Positions 8,433 through 18,150 of a stretch of DNA of 64,000 bases are shown here, in pieces. The DNA comes from Oscillospiraceae bacterium (GTDB lineage: Bacteria; Bacillota; Clostridia; Oscillospirales; Acutalibacteraceae). The notes below the pieces were generated by a model. That model was not told the DNA's origin and made no database searches. It saw nothing but the letters and a program-made list of their open reading frames with translations. The DNA lies in assembly GCA_003538135.1 (NCBI GenBank), contig DPOR01000005.1:111470-175469 (forward strand). Direction: 5' to 3'. Both the position numbers and the translations under genes were made by a program. Within the stretch, counting starts at the first letter, position 1; each line of letters opens with the position of its first letter.

Positions 8433-9629
8433 TTGATGAAGTACAAAAAGGACGACGGCAAAAAAGATAATTGGCTCGATGATATTCTTTGGGGTGTCCC
8501 GTTAGGAGACAGCTTTGCCATAAATCTTAAAAGCGGCGAGGTTATTCCGCGCTATCGCATAGGCGACGGGTTCATTCCGGGCGAGAACGGCGACGATGAT
8601 TGGGAGAAGGACGAATTTGCCTTTAACGCCGATGATGATTGGGATAAGGAGGATTGGGAAAAAGACGAATTTGCCTTTGATGACGACGATGATGACGATG
8701 ATGAATACGAATTCGAGCTGTCGTTTGATTTCGGAATCCGCGACGCGTCCGAGTTCAGCCGCCGCGACGCGGACACGACAGAGGAGCAGTATTACGACCC
8801 CGACCGCCGGGTCTACTGCGTGGGCAGGGCGATACGCGACAATTTCAAGGAGATAGCCGACAGCTTTTCCGTAGAGGAGATGTTCTCGCTCGTCCAATGC
8901 ATAAACATCATCTTTTCGAGCAACCAAAAGCTCGCTGTCGACGCGGTGGCGTGGGCTGTTGAAAATTTTCCGAAGTCGCTCGAGGGCGCGACCTGCGAGG
9001 GCTATCGCTGCGGTCTGCCCACCGATCAGTTTTTGTCCGCCTTTACCTATACCGAGCACGGCGAGGACCGCAGCTTCGTCTACGACTATTTGGAGACTCA
9101 CCCGGAGTTTACAAAAGCGGTATTAAACCGTCAGCCGTTTTCGCTTCCGGGCTGGCCGACAAGGAACTATCTGCCGTATCTCGCCGAAAAAGGCGATGTC
9201 GAAAAATTCATCGAGGTATATAAGCTGCATATTGAAAACCCCCGTCTCGACCCCGTGGAATGCAGCAAGTTCAAGCTTATCGACGACCTTATTTTCCGCA
9301 TGAAAGACTGCTGCGACCACATCGACCACAGGATATATTCTTTCCTCAGGTCGGAGACGGAGTCCATGCCTGAGAAGCTCAAGGCGGACTATCTGCTCGG
9401 GCAGTTCGACTATGAGCGCTGCGGCAAGCCGCTGTTTGACAAGCCGCCCGGGCCCGGCAAGGAGAGCGTTTTCGCCCAAATAGAGCAGGCGCGAAGGCGC
9501 ATAAAGGAAATCGAAGAAGAGAGAAGCGGACTTTACCTCCGGATAAACGAGCTGGAAGAGGAGCGCGACCGCCAAGAGGAGCTGCTGAAAGAAATCGAGC
9601 GGCAGTATGCCGGCGAAGACGACATATGA
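8433..9629 (+). CDS. Hypothetical protein with acidic repeats (DDDWEKDEFAF x2, poly-Asp) and C-terminal coiled coil
   Basis: 398 aa; GGGAGGTG RBS. Internal repeat DDWEKDEFAFNADDDWDKEDWEKDEFAFDDDDDDDDE. C-terminal EIEEERSGLYLRINELEEERDRQEELLKEIE. No recognisable family. Confidence 0.6.
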   Translation: MMKYKKDDGKKDNWLDDILWGVPLGDSFAINLKSGEVIPRYRIGDGFIPGENGDDDWEKDEFAFNADDDWDKEDWEKDEFAFDDDDDDDDEYEFELSFDFGIRDASEFSRRDADTTEEQYYDPDRRVYCVGRAIRDNFKEIADSFSVEEMFSLVQCINIIFSSNQKLAVDAVAWAVENFPKSLEGATCEGYRCGLPTDQFLSAFTYTEHGEDRSFVYDYLETHPEFTKAVLNRQPFSLPGWPTRNYLPYLAEKGDVEKFIEVYKLHIENPRLDPVECSKFKLIDDLIFRMKDCCDHIDHRIYSFLRSETESMPEKLKADYLLGQFDYERCGKPLFDKPPGPGKESVFAQIEQARRRIKEIEEERSGLYLRINELEEERDRQEELLKEIERQYAGEDDI

Positions 9630-9636
9630 AATTTGA

Positions 9637-9668
9637 CCCCGCACCGAGATCTACAGGTGCGGGGTCGA
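9637..9668 (+). terminator. Intrinsic terminator (weak U-tract)
   Basis: GACCCCGCACC-gagatctaca-GGTGCGGGGTC. Confidence 0.45.
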
Positions 9669-9804
9669 GTTATATTGTAAATAAAAAATGTCGTAAACAG
9701 TCGATTCCGGTCTCTCTCATTTTGCTTAACTTTTCATTTATCCGCATAATCTCCCTCAAGCGGCAAACAATAGACTTACACAGAAAAGCAAGGGAGTTAA
9801 TATA

Positions 9805-10344
9805 ATGAAAGCAACAGGCATAGTCAGACGAATCGACGACCTCGGCAGGGTCGTTATCCCAAAGGAGATCCGCCGCACGATGCGTATCCGCGAGGGTGAC
9901 CCGCTCGAAATATACACGGATGCGGACGGCGAGGTTATTTTTAAAAAGTATTCGCAGGTGGGCGAGCTGTCGTCTTTAACGGCGCAGTATGCCGAGGTTT
10001 TGCATAAGAGCACGGGGCTGCCCGTGGTGATAACCGACCGCGACAGGGTCATCTCCTGCGCGGGAGTGCCGAAAAAGGAGACAGTCGAGCGCAGGATAAC
10101 GCAGGCGCTCGAAAACGTTATGGAGAGCCGCACCCCGTTTATTTTCGCGCGGGACGGCGAACCCTTTCGCCCGATAGAGGGCGTCGAGCGCGACGCGGCG
10201 GCGGCGTTTCCGATAATCGGCGCGGGAGATGTGTCGGGCGCGGTGGTTCTGCTCGCCGCGGACGGCGCAACGGTGCCGTCGCAGACGGAGATAAAGCTCG
10301 TTCAGGTCGCCGCATCGTTTCTCGGCAAGCAGATGGAGGAATAG
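9805..10344 (+). CDS. spoVT: Stage V sporulation protein T (AbrB-type N-domain plus GAF)
   Basis: MKATGIVRRIDDLGRVVIPKEIRRTMRIREGDPLEIY (SpoVT/AbrB swapped-hairpin domain); 179 aa, matching SpoVT length and domain order. Confidence 0.85.
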   Translation: MKATGIVRRIDDLGRVVIPKEIRRTMRIREGDPLEIYTDADGEVIFKKYSQVGELSSLTAQYAEVLHKSTGLPVVITDRDRVISCAGVPKKETVERRITQALENVMESRTPFIFARDGEPFRPIEGVERDAAAAFPIIGAGDVSGAVVLLAADGATVPSQTEIKLVQVAASFLGKQMEE

Positions 10345-10395
10345 CCTTTTTCCCTTGACAAATGCCGCCCCGCGCTATAAAATAATCGCATATCC

Positions 10396-10583
10396 GAATG
10401 ACGGGTTTGGGAGAGAGCCGGTTTTCCGGCCACCGAAGGGGCGAAACTCTCAGGTAAAAGAACCGAGCCGGGACGGAGCTCTGGAAAGGCATTTGCACCG
10501 ACGAAGCAATCCGCGAAGCGGAGAATCTTTCAGGTAAAAAGACAGAGTACACCATTGTTTCTTATGGTGTACTCTTTTTTGTT
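10396..10583 (+). promoter_or_regulatory. Tandem glycine riboswitch (two aptamers) with terminator expression platform
   Basis: Aptamer 1: GGGAGAG...CACCGAAGGGGCGAA...CUCAGGUAAAAGAAC. Aptamer 2: CUCUGGAAAG...CACCGACGAAGCAAU...CUUUCAGGUAAAAAGACAG. Then hairpin AGAGTACACC-N12-GGTGTACTCT plus T6. Confidence 0.85.
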
Positions 10584-10595
10584 TCGGAGGGGTCT

Positions 10596-11279
10596 ATGGA
10601 TATTCTTATTTTCGTTTTCGAAATCATCGGCACCGTCGCATTCTCCGTCTCGGGCGCTATGACGGGGCTGAAAAAGAACATGGATATTTTCGGCGTTATG
10701 ATACTGGGCGTCATAACGGCCATCGGCGGCGGGGTCATACGCGACCTCGTCCTCGGCATAACGCCGCCCGGCACCTTCGGCAGACCCGTCTACGCGATAG
10801 TCGCAACGGTCACCGCGATAATAACATTTCTGCCCGCCGTGCACCGCCTTATCACGAGAAATCAGCATATCCGCGACTTCGTTCTGCTCGTTCTCGACTC
10901 GTTGGGGCTCGGCGTGTTTACGGTAGTCGGCATACAGACAGCCTACAGAGCCTCGAGCGAAAACAGCATCTTTCTTATATTATTTGTCGGAGTCATAACC
11001 GGTGTCGGCGGCGGAGTCCTGCGCGATGTGCTCGCGGGGGAGAAGCCGTACATATTCGTAAGGCATGTCTATGCCTGCGCCTCTATCGCCGGCGCCGTCG
11101 CCTGCATTATAATCTGGCGCTTCAACAGCACCGCCGCGGTTATTTCGGGCGCCGCGATAATATTTGTCATCCGTATGCTCGCCGCCCATTTCAGATGGAG
11201 TCTGCCAAAGGCGAACGGTCTCGCCCCGTCGGACGAAAAAGAGGCGGCCGAAAACGACGAGAACACGCAGGAAGTATAA
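10596..11279 (+). CDS. UPF0126/Gly_transporter family membrane protein (YicG/TRIC-like, two GGGxxRD repeats)
   Basis: Two-fold repeat with GGGVIRD and GGGVLRD. 227 aa. Located immediately downstream of the glycine riboswitch, as is typical for this family. Confidence 0.8.
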   Translation: MDILIFVFEIIGTVAFSVSGAMTGLKKNMDIFGVMILGVITAIGGGVIRDLVLGITPPGTFGRPVYAIVATVTAIITFLPAVHRLITRNQHIRDFVLLVLDSLGLGVFTVVGIQTAYRASSENSIFLILFVGVITGVGGGVLRDVLAGEKPYIFVRHVYACASIAGAVACIIIWRFNSTAAVISGAAIIFVIRMLAAHFRWSLPKANGLAPSDEKEAAENDENTQEV

Positions 11280-11288
11280 CCCGATTTT

Positions 11289-11498
11289 TTAAATCGGCAT
11301 GGGATCGTTTGAAAGCAGTATGACAATTATAACGGCTATTGCAAATGCCGCTATGCCGATAATAACGGCTGCTTTTTTGCCGAGCTTTTTCTTTGCAGCC
11401 CTGCATATCAGCGCGGCAAGCGCCACGGCGACGGCAGCCGCCGCAAGGGCAATTCCCAACGATTTCCACAGCCACGAAAGCTCGTAAATCTTATTCAT
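11289..11498 (-). CDS. Small hydrophobic protein (69 aa), putative
   Basis: Two predicted TM helices; AAAGGA RBS. Sits directly downstream of the flavodoxin gene. Confidence 0.35.
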   Translation of the reverse strand: MNKIYELSWLWKSLGIALAAAAVAVALAALICRAAKKKLGKKAAVIIGIAAFAIAVIIVILLSNDPMPI

Positions 11499-11525
11499 AG
11501 AGTCGTCCTTTCTGCTTTTAAAGCG

Positions 11526-12023
11526 TCATTTTAAAACCGTTTTCTTCAGTCTTTCCAGATCCTCTGCATCGGGATGCGACAGGGCGCGGTCAAAATTTTC
11601 GATAAGCATATCGAGGTTCGCCGGGGGATTCGGCTGAGCCTTCATGCTCATATATCGCTCTCTCACCGCCTGCGGCATCTTTCCCTGGCACATAAACTCT
11701 CCCGCAACGGTGTTGCTCCCGTCAAGGGCGCTCTCTGCGTTGGCGAGTATTTTTTTGAAATAGTCCTCGCTGCCGCCGAAGCCCGCCGTCCCGAAGAGGA
11801 AAACCTTTTTGTTTTTAAGCCTTTGCAAAAACTCGAGCGCGGTTTTATCCGCGTTTCCCCTGTCCGTCCAAAATCCGACATAGAGCATTTCGGATTCGGG
11901 CACCTCCGGGGTTATCTCGCCGAAATAATCGCGGTTTTCTTTCGGCAGCGCCTCGTCTATTGCATCGGCAAGAAGCTTGGTGTTGCCCGTTGAGCTGCTG
12001 AACACAACAGAATAGCGTTCCAT
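11526..12023 (-). CDS. Flavodoxin-like protein
   Basis: MERYSVVFSSSTGNTK... (flavodoxin FMN-binding T/S-x-T-G-x-T loop); 165 aa. Confidence 0.8.
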   Translation of the reverse strand: MERYSVVFSSSTGNTKLLADAIDEALPKENRDYFGEITPEVPESEMLYVGFWTDRGNADKTALEFLQRLKNKKVFLFGTAGFGGSEDYFKKILANAESALDGSNTVAGEFMCQGKMPQAVRERYMSMKAQPNPPANLDMLIENFDRALSHPDAEDLERLKKTVLK

Positions 12024-12218
12024 GCTGTCGCTCCTTTGTTTGTATATTTTACGCTTCGCTCCCGCACCGACGTGCGGGAGTATTTTTTAAGATATCATAT
12101 ATAAGCTTCCCCGTCTCGTCTATAACATCCTCCGCCCGGGGAAAAACTCCGGTCGCGTTTATATAGCCGTGACCCATGCCGTTACAGACGACAAAATTTG
12201 CCTTCTGTTCCGGACGTG

Positions 12219-13550
12219 TTACGCTTTTGCCGCAAAGGCACAGGTAAAAATACCGCCGCTCTGCTTTGCGGCCACGTGCCCGCCGTACTTTTCGGCGGTC
12301 TCCTCGAGAATCTTCAGCCCGTAGCCGTGCTCGCCTGTGCGCTTCTTTTTCTTCTCCTCATAATCGGGAGCGACTGCGTTTTCGCTGCTTATATAGAGCA
12401 TTCCGTCGTTTTCGTCGACAAAGCTCTTTATCTTTATATATCTGTTGTCCTCGAGCGCCTCCGCCGCGTTTATCGCGTTGTCAAAAATATTGACATACGC
12501 CTTGCAAACGTCGACCTCCTCCATGCCCACGGATTTCGGCACATCGAGATTAAAGTCGTATGCAATGCCGTTTTCGCGGCACTCCTTGGCCTTGTTCGAG
12601 GCTATGGCATTGACGAGCGTGTTGGGGCAGAACTTCTCTATTTTTATATCCTCGACCTGAGTTTTGAGCTGGTCGAGCATTCGCTCCGCCGATTCGCGGT
12701 CAACCTCGGTTCCGCTGTGTACGACCTCATACGCCGTCTCGATTATGTTGGCGAGGTCATGGCGTATTTTTCGCACCTCGCCGCTGCTGTTTTCGAGGTT
12801 TCTGTAATATTCGAGATTGAGAGCGTTCTGGTAGTCCTTTATTCTCAGCTCCTCGCGCAGCTTCTCGTTCTGCGCCGAGCGCGACATGATATAGAACAAA
12901 ACGGCGTCTGAGATTATGCAGAGCACCGCCGCGATGCAGAGCATTATCATCGGCGCGCGGGTCGGGTCCTCAAGAAACGGCAGGCCGGTGTTCTTGTTCC
13001 TGAACCAGCCGTAGTAAGAAATTATCATCATCGCCGCCGCCATAACTATGACCTGGCTCAGAGGGAAGAAGATAAACGTCGCCATCTGCCCGCTTGGCAG
13101 GAGCATATTTTTTTGCCGCTTCATTCTCATATAGGTAAAGCCGGCAAAAAGCAGTATCAAAAGCACGGTATTGGGCAGAGAGACAAGATATGTCATAATG
13201 TCGTCATAGGGGTTCAGTCCGCAGGCGATACCGCCGCTGACGAGAAGCGCCGACACGAGATATGTAAACGACATAAGCACCACGGAAACAAAAAGCCTCG
13301 TTCTGAGCTTATCCTTGAAATAGACCACAGCCGAGAAAAAATAATATGCAAACGCCGGTATTTTAAAAAATACCGACGGCACATCATAAAAATATCGCTG
13401 GGAGAGCGCTATTGCGGCAAAGGGAATGAGTGTCAGAAAAAACACCGCATAGCGATTAAAGCGCGGCGTGAGGTTCATGCAGAGGAACAGCACCACGAGC
13501 GCTATCGAGAAAAAGTTAAAAACATACCAAAAGACATCAAAAAAGGTCAT
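12219..13550 (-). CDS. Sensor histidine kinase, polytopic AgrC/LytS-like (GHKL ATPase), partner of the LytTR regulator
   Basis: About 6 N-terminal TM helices; HDLANII phospho-acceptor region; C-terminal ...TGEHGYGLKILEETAEKYGG ATP lid. Start overlaps the stop of the response regulator (ATGA). Confidence 0.8.
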   Translation of the reverse strand: MTFFDVFWYVFNFFSIALVVLFLCMNLTPRFNRYAVFFLTLIPFAAIALSQRYFYDVPSVFFKIPAFAYYFFSAVVYFKDKLRTRLFVSVVLMSFTYLVSALLVSGGIACGLNPYDDIMTYLVSLPNTVLLILLFAGFTYMRMKRQKNMLLPSGQMATFIFFPLSQVIVMAAAMMIISYYGWFRNKNTGLPFLEDPTRAPMIMLCIAAVLCIISDAVLFYIMSRSAQNEKLREELRIKDYQNALNLEYYRNLENSSGEVRKIRHDLANIIETAYEVVHSGTEVDRESAERMLDQLKTQVEDIKIEKFCPNTLVNAIASNKAKECRENGIAYDFNLDVPKSVGMEEVDVCKAYVNIFDNAINAAEALEDNRYIKIKSFVDENDGMLYISSENAVAPDYEEKKKKRTGEHGYGLKILEETAEKYGGHVAAKQSGGIFTCAFAAKA

Positions 13551-14263
13551 TTTACCGAAGCTCCCTTGAAAAGCACATACTTGTCCGCCGACTCGGTTTT
13601 CTTCGAGCGGCTTATCGGAACGGTTTCTCCGTTCATCAAGACAAAATAAGTCGCCGTATATTTGGCAATATATCTTAAATTCACAAGATAGCTCTTATGG
13701 CAGCGGACAAAATTCGATTTAAGCTGCTCTTCCGCATCGTCCAGCTTGCCGTAGGTTGTGATCTTGTCCCCGTCCACCATATGTATCTCAACGGAATTCC
13801 GCTCGCTCGAGACGTAAAGTATTCTGTCGCTGTCTACTTTACCGGACACGCCGTGGCGGGAATATTCCAAATATTTTTTATTCGATTTGCGGCCGCCGCT
13901 GCGCTCGCGCTCGATATATCCGAGCAGAAGCGTCGGGTCTACGGGCTTATAGATATAGCCGCAGTCGTCGACCTTGACAAACGCCTTGGAGACGAGATCC
14001 TGATTTCCCGAGACAAACACTATTTTGATTCCCGGGCATGCCGCGCCTATGAAGCCGGCGATATCCACGCCGCTCTCGTCCTTGACGGCGATATCGACAA
14101 AGGCGAGGTCAAAGCTTTTGTCGGAGTTCTCCTGCGCAAGCCTTTCGGACAGCTCGGCGGAGCTGTGTACGCCGACAAGCTCTATATCCGGATATGCGCC
14201 TTCGATTATTTCCGATAGCTGTCTGACCATTGAGGGCTCATCGTCGCATATGAGAATACGCAT
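13547..14263 (-). CDS. LytTR-family response regulator
   Basis: Trimmed to MRILICDDEP (receiver domain, DD...D...K). C-terminal LytTR DNA-binding domain (FVRCHKSYLVNLRYI). Confidence 0.85.
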   Translation of the reverse strand: MRILICDDEPSMVRQLSEIIEGAYPDIELVGVHSSAELSERLAQENSDKSFDLAFVDIAVKDESGVDIAGFIGAACPGIKIVFVSGNQDLVSKAFVKVDDCGYIYKPVDPTLLLGYIERERSGGRKSNKKYLEYSRHGVSGKVDSDRILYVSSERNSVEIHMVDGDKITTYGKLDDAEEQLKSNFVRCHKSYLVNLRYIAKYTATYFVLMNGETVPISRSKKTESADKYVLFKGASVK

Positions 14264-14422
14264 AAAAAGTCCTGCCTTTCTTTGAGACTTAATCTTAATC
14301 AGATATATCTCAGTATACCTAAAATACGGACTTTTTGCAAGAAAAAAACCGCAAAATAAAAAATCACGTTCTGCTCTTTTCAAAGAGAAATAATTGTTGT
14401 ATAATTTTGATATATAAGAGTA

Positions 14423-16201
14423 TTGATGAGGGGTGTTCGTTTGTCCGGGGAGTATTCCAGCCGCAACCGCAGGATGCTCAAAAAGCTCCTGCCCTACTAT
14501 AAAAAATATTCGGGGCTCTTTGCCCTTGATATGTTCTGCTCCGCGCTGACTACCGTATGCGAGATAGCTCTCCCGCTGATAGTTCGGCAGATAACCGACC
14601 GCGCGGCGCACGACATTCACGACCTGACGGCGGAGCTGATTATAAAAATCGTCGGCTTCTATATCCTGCTGCGCATTATCGACACCGCCGCCAACTACTA
14701 TACGGCGTCGGGCGGGCATATCATGGGCGCAAGGATAGAGACGGATATGCGAAACGACCTGTTCTCGCATCTTCAGGATATGTCCTACTCTTTCTACGAC
14801 GACACGAAGATAGGCCAACTCATGTCGCGCATAACAAACGACCTGTTTGATATCACGGAGCTCTCTCACCACGGCCCCGAGAATGTGCTGATGACCGTGA
14901 TAAAGATAATCGCGGGCTTCATTATGTTCGCGTCGATGAACATATGGCTTGCGGTCATAGTCTTTTCGCTCTTGCCGCTTATGATGCTCCTGACCTCGCG
15001 CAGCCGCCGCAAGATGCGCGCCGCGTTCAAGCAGCAGAGGCGCGAGATAGGCGAGATAAACGCGCGCACCGAGGATTCTCTGCTCGGCATAAGAGTTGTC
15101 AAGAGCTTTGCAAACGAGGATATCGAGCGCGAAAAATTCAACGAGGGCTCGCGCCGCTTCTTCAAGTCCAAGCAGAACGGCTACAGATACATGGCGATCT
15201 TTCATTGCACCGTCCGGCTCTGCGACGGGCTTATGTATATAGCGATAGTCGGCATAGGCGCGGCGTTCATGATGAAGGGCAAGACTACCGTAGGCGACTT
15301 CTCGGCGAGCCTGCTCATGGTCAGCACCCTGCTCTCGGCGATACGCACGATAGTCGAGTTCAGCGAGCAGTTTAACCGCGGCATGACCGGCATAGAGCGC
15401 TTCACCGAGATAATGGACGAGGTCAGCGACATAAAGGACAGCCCCGACGCAAAGCCCATAGAGAACGTCAGGGGCGATATAGAATTCAGGAACGTCACAT
15501 TTTCATATAAGGGCACGGATAAGAAAATCCTCTCCGACTTCTCCCTGCACATAGCTCCTGGCGAGAATGTCGCTCTGGTAGGGCCCTCCGGCGGCGGCAA
15601 AACTACGCTGTGCAATCTTATCCCCCGCTTCTACGATGTGGATTCGGGCTGCATCTTGCTCGACGGCACGGATATCCGCGACATAACCCTCGCTTCCCTG
15701 CGCTCGAATATAGGCACGGTTCAGCAGGATGTCTATATGTTCTCCGGCACGGTCAGGGAAAATATAGCCTACGGCTGCCCGGGAGCCGAAAACGAAGATA
15801 TCACGGCGGCGGCCATGAGAGCCGGAGCGCATGAGTTTATAGAGGAGCTGCCCGAGGGGTACGACACCTATGTCGGCGAGCGCGGAGTCAAGCTCTCCGG
15901 CGGTCAGAAGCAGCGCATTTCGATAGCGCGCCTGTTTTTGAAGAACCCGCCGATAGTCATTCTCGACGAGGCGACGAGCGCGCTCGACAACGAGAGCGAG
16001 CGCCTTGTTCAGCAGTCGCTCGAAGCGCTCGCAAAGGGGCGCACGGTCATAACCATAGCACATCGTCTGACTACCATAAGAAACGCCTCGGAGATAGTCG
16101 TGCTCACGGAGGACGGCATAGCCGAGCAGGGCAGCCACCGCGAGCTTATGGCAAAAGGCGGCGTATACAGCGAGCTCTACAGCATGTATTCAATCGACTG
16201 A
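14423..16201 (+). CDS. ABC transporter, fused permease/ATPase exporter (MsbA/type-I exporter-like)
   Basis: 6-TM domain plus NBD with Walker A GPSGGGKTT, signature LSGGQKQR and Walker B ILDEATSALD. An alternative start at M18 (14474) is possible. Confidence 0.85.
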   Translation: MMRGVRLSGEYSSRNRRMLKKLLPYYKKYSGLFALDMFCSALTTVCEIALPLIVRQITDRAAHDIHDLTAELIIKIVGFYILLRIIDTAANYYTASGGHIMGARIETDMRNDLFSHLQDMSYSFYDDTKIGQLMSRITNDLFDITELSHHGPENVLMTVIKIIAGFIMFASMNIWLAVIVFSLLPLMMLLTSRSRRKMRAAFKQQRREIGEINARTEDSLLGIRVVKSFANEDIEREKFNEGSRRFFKSKQNGYRYMAIFHCTVRLCDGLMYIAIVGIGAAFMMKGKTTVGDFSASLLMVSTLLSAIRTIVEFSEQFNRGMTGIERFTEIMDEVSDIKDSPDAKPIENVRGDIEFRNVTFSYKGTDKKILSDFSLHIAPGENVALVGPSGGGKTTLCNLIPRFYDVDSGCILLDGTDIRDITLASLRSNIGTVQQDVYMFSGTVRENIAYGCPGAENEDITAAAMRAGAHEFIEELPEGYDTYVGERGVKLSGGQKQRISIARLFLKNPPIVILDEATSALDNESERLVQQSLEALAKGRTVITIAHRLTTIRNASEIVVLTEDGIAEQGSHRELMAKGGVYSELYSMYSID

Positions 16202-16225
16202 TTTTTCCGAAAGGACTGATATAAA

Positions 16226-16648
16226 ATGCTTAAAAATATTTCACCCGTTATCTCCCCCGAACTTCTCAAGATACTCATGGAGATGGGTCACGGCGACGAG
16301 ATAGTTATCGGCGACGGCAACTTCCCGGCGGCGAGCATGGCTCAGCGCCTTGTCCGTCTCGACGGCCACGGAGTGCCCGAGGTGCTCGACGCGGTTCTCA
16401 GGCTCATGCCGCTCGACACCTATGTTGACGCACCCGTTGCGCTCATGGACAACAACGGCGACGGCGACCGCCCGGCTATTTGGGAAAAGTACGAGGAAAC
16501 AGTCAAATCAAACGAGGGCGAGAAAAATATCGAGCTTATGGAGCGCTTCGCCTTCTACGACAGAGCGAAAAAGGCCTACGCCGTCATAGCGACGGGCGAG
16601 ACCGCGATATACGCAAATATCATACTGAAAAAGGGCGTTGTGAAATAA
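16226..16648 (+). CDS. fucU: L-fucose mutarotase (RbsD/FucU family)
   Basis: MLKNISPVISPELLKILMEMGHGDEIVIGDGNFPA...; 140 aa; adjacent to fucI. Confidence 0.8.
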   Translation: MLKNISPVISPELLKILMEMGHGDEIVIGDGNFPAASMAQRLVRLDGHGVPEVLDAVLRLMPLDTYVDAPVALMDNNGDGDRPAIWEKYEETVKSNEGEKNIELMERFAFYDRAKKAYAVIATGETAIYANIILKKGVVK

Positions 16649-16666
16649 GACGGAGGAAAATCAAAA

Positions 16667-18133
16667 ATGGCAAAGAGAGTTTTGGCGTTCGACTTCGGCG
16701 CGTCGAGCGGGCGCGCGATAATCGGACATTTTGACGGGGAGAACATCCGCCTTGAGGAGGTTCACCGCTTCTCGAACGACCCCGTGAGCGTGAACGGCAC
16801 GCTCTACTGGGATGTTCTGCGCCTGTTCTTCGAGATAAAGCAGGGGCTGACAAAGGCGAAGCTCGCCGGCGGCTTCGACAGCATAGGCATAGACACCTGG
16901 GGCGTTGACTTCGGGCTTTTGGATGAGTTCGGCTGCCTGCTCGAAAATCCCGTGCATTACCGCGACGCGCGAACGAAGGGCATGATAGACGAGGTTTTCA
17001 AGACCGTTCCCCGCGAGGAACTCTATTCCCGCACGGGCATTCAGTTCATGGAGCTCAACACACTCTTCCAGCTCTGCTCGCTCAAAAAATACCGTCCGCA
17101 CATTCTCGCCAGGGCGGATAAGCTGCTGTTTATGCCCGACCTTTTCGCCTATATGCTCACGGGCAAAAAGCAGACCGAATATTCCATTGCCACGACCTCG
17201 CAGATGGTCGATATAAAGACAAAAGATTGGGCTTACGATATTCTTGACCGCCTCGGCATACCCACGGGAATACTCACGCCCATTGTTCCGACGGGCACGG
17301 AAAACGGCGTGCTGAGCAAGGAGATCTGTGACGAACTGGGACTCGACCCCGTGAAGGTCGTCAGCGTCTGCGGACACGACACGCAGTCGGCGATAACCGC
17401 CGTTCCGTCGGAGCTTGACAGCTTCGCGTTTTTGAGCAGCGGCACTTGGTCGCTCTTCGGCACGGAGATACCCGCTCCCATAGTAAACGAGACCTCTCTC
17501 TCGATAAACATCACCAATGAGGGCGGCTACGGCGGCATGACCGGGCTGCTCAAGAATATAATCGGTCTCTGGCTCATTCAGGAGAGCCGCAGGCAGTGGA
17601 AGCGCGAGGGCGAGGAATACAGCTACGCCGATCTCGAGCGCATGGCGCTCTCGGCGGAGCCGTTCAAGTGCTTTATCGACCCCGACTCCCCCGAGTTCAC
17701 GCCGCCCGGAGATATACCCGGCCGCGTGCGCGAATTCTGCCGCAGAACGGGTCAGTATGTCCCGCAGACGGTGGGCGAGGTCATGCGCTGCATCTACGAG
17801 AGCCTTGCGATGAAATACCGCAGCACGTTCTCGATGATAAAAGAATGCACCGGCAGAGACTACAAGGACATCCACGTTATCGGCGGCGGCACGAAGGACA
17901 CCCTGCTCTGCCAAATGACCGCAAACGCCTGCGATGTCCCCGTTAAGGCGGGACCGATAGAGGCTACGGTGCTCGGAAATATCGCCGTTCAACTCCTGAG
18001 CTCGGGCGACATTCCGGATATCAAAAAGGCTCGCGAGATAATCTCGCGCAGCGAGGCATTACGCGAATATGCTCCGTGCGACGCCGACGAGTGGGCGCGC
18101 GCATACGGGAGCTTTTTGAAAATAGCAAATTAA
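16667..18133 (+). CDS. FGGY-family sugar kinase, rhamnulokinase-like (probable L-fuculokinase/rhamnulokinase)
   Basis: Strong similarity to RhaB-type kinases ([62 protein letters not shown]). Confidence 0.8.
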   Translation: MAKRVLAFDFGASSGRAIIGHFDGENIRLEEVHRFSNDPVSVNGTLYWDVLRLFFEIKQGLTKAKLAGGFDSIGIDTWGVDFGLLDEFGCLLENPVHYRDARTKGMIDEVFKTVPREELYSRTGIQFMELNTLFQLCSLKKYRPHILARADKLLFMPDLFAYMLTGKKQTEYSIATTSQMVDIKTKDWAYDILDRLGIPTGILTPIVPTGTENGVLSKEICDELGLDPVKVVSVCGHDTQSAITAVPSELDSFAFLSSGTWSLFGTEIPAPIVNETSLSINITNEGGYGGMTGLLKNIIGLWLIQESRRQWKREGEEYSYADLERMALSAEPFKCFIDPDSPEFTPPGDIPGRVREFCRRTGQYVPQTVGEVMRCIYESLAMKYRSTFSMIKECTGRDYKDIHVIGGGTKDTLLCQMTANACDVPVKAGPIEATVLGNIAVQLLSSGDIPDIKKAREIISRSEALREYAPCDADEWARAYGSFLKIAN

Positions 18134-18150
18134 CCGAAAGGATGATAAGA

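Noticed and set aside
8502-9101. 199-aa minus-strand ORF antisense to the acidic-repeat protein gene, and many similar 60-250-aa antisense ORFs (e.g. 1836-2504, 12198-12911, 13697-14218, 18865-19878, 20843-22270, 23094-24173, 28600-30108, 53131-54186)
   Set aside because: All lie antisense to, or are frame-shifted within, well-supported genes with recognisable products. Such open frames are expected at ~60% GC. None has an RBS or recognisable domain.
9700-9804. Forespore (sigma-G/F) promoter upstream of spoVT
   Set aside because: Only a weak resemblance (GCTTA-N17-CATAATC) to the GHATR-N17/18-CAHWHTAH consensus; not reported as a feature.
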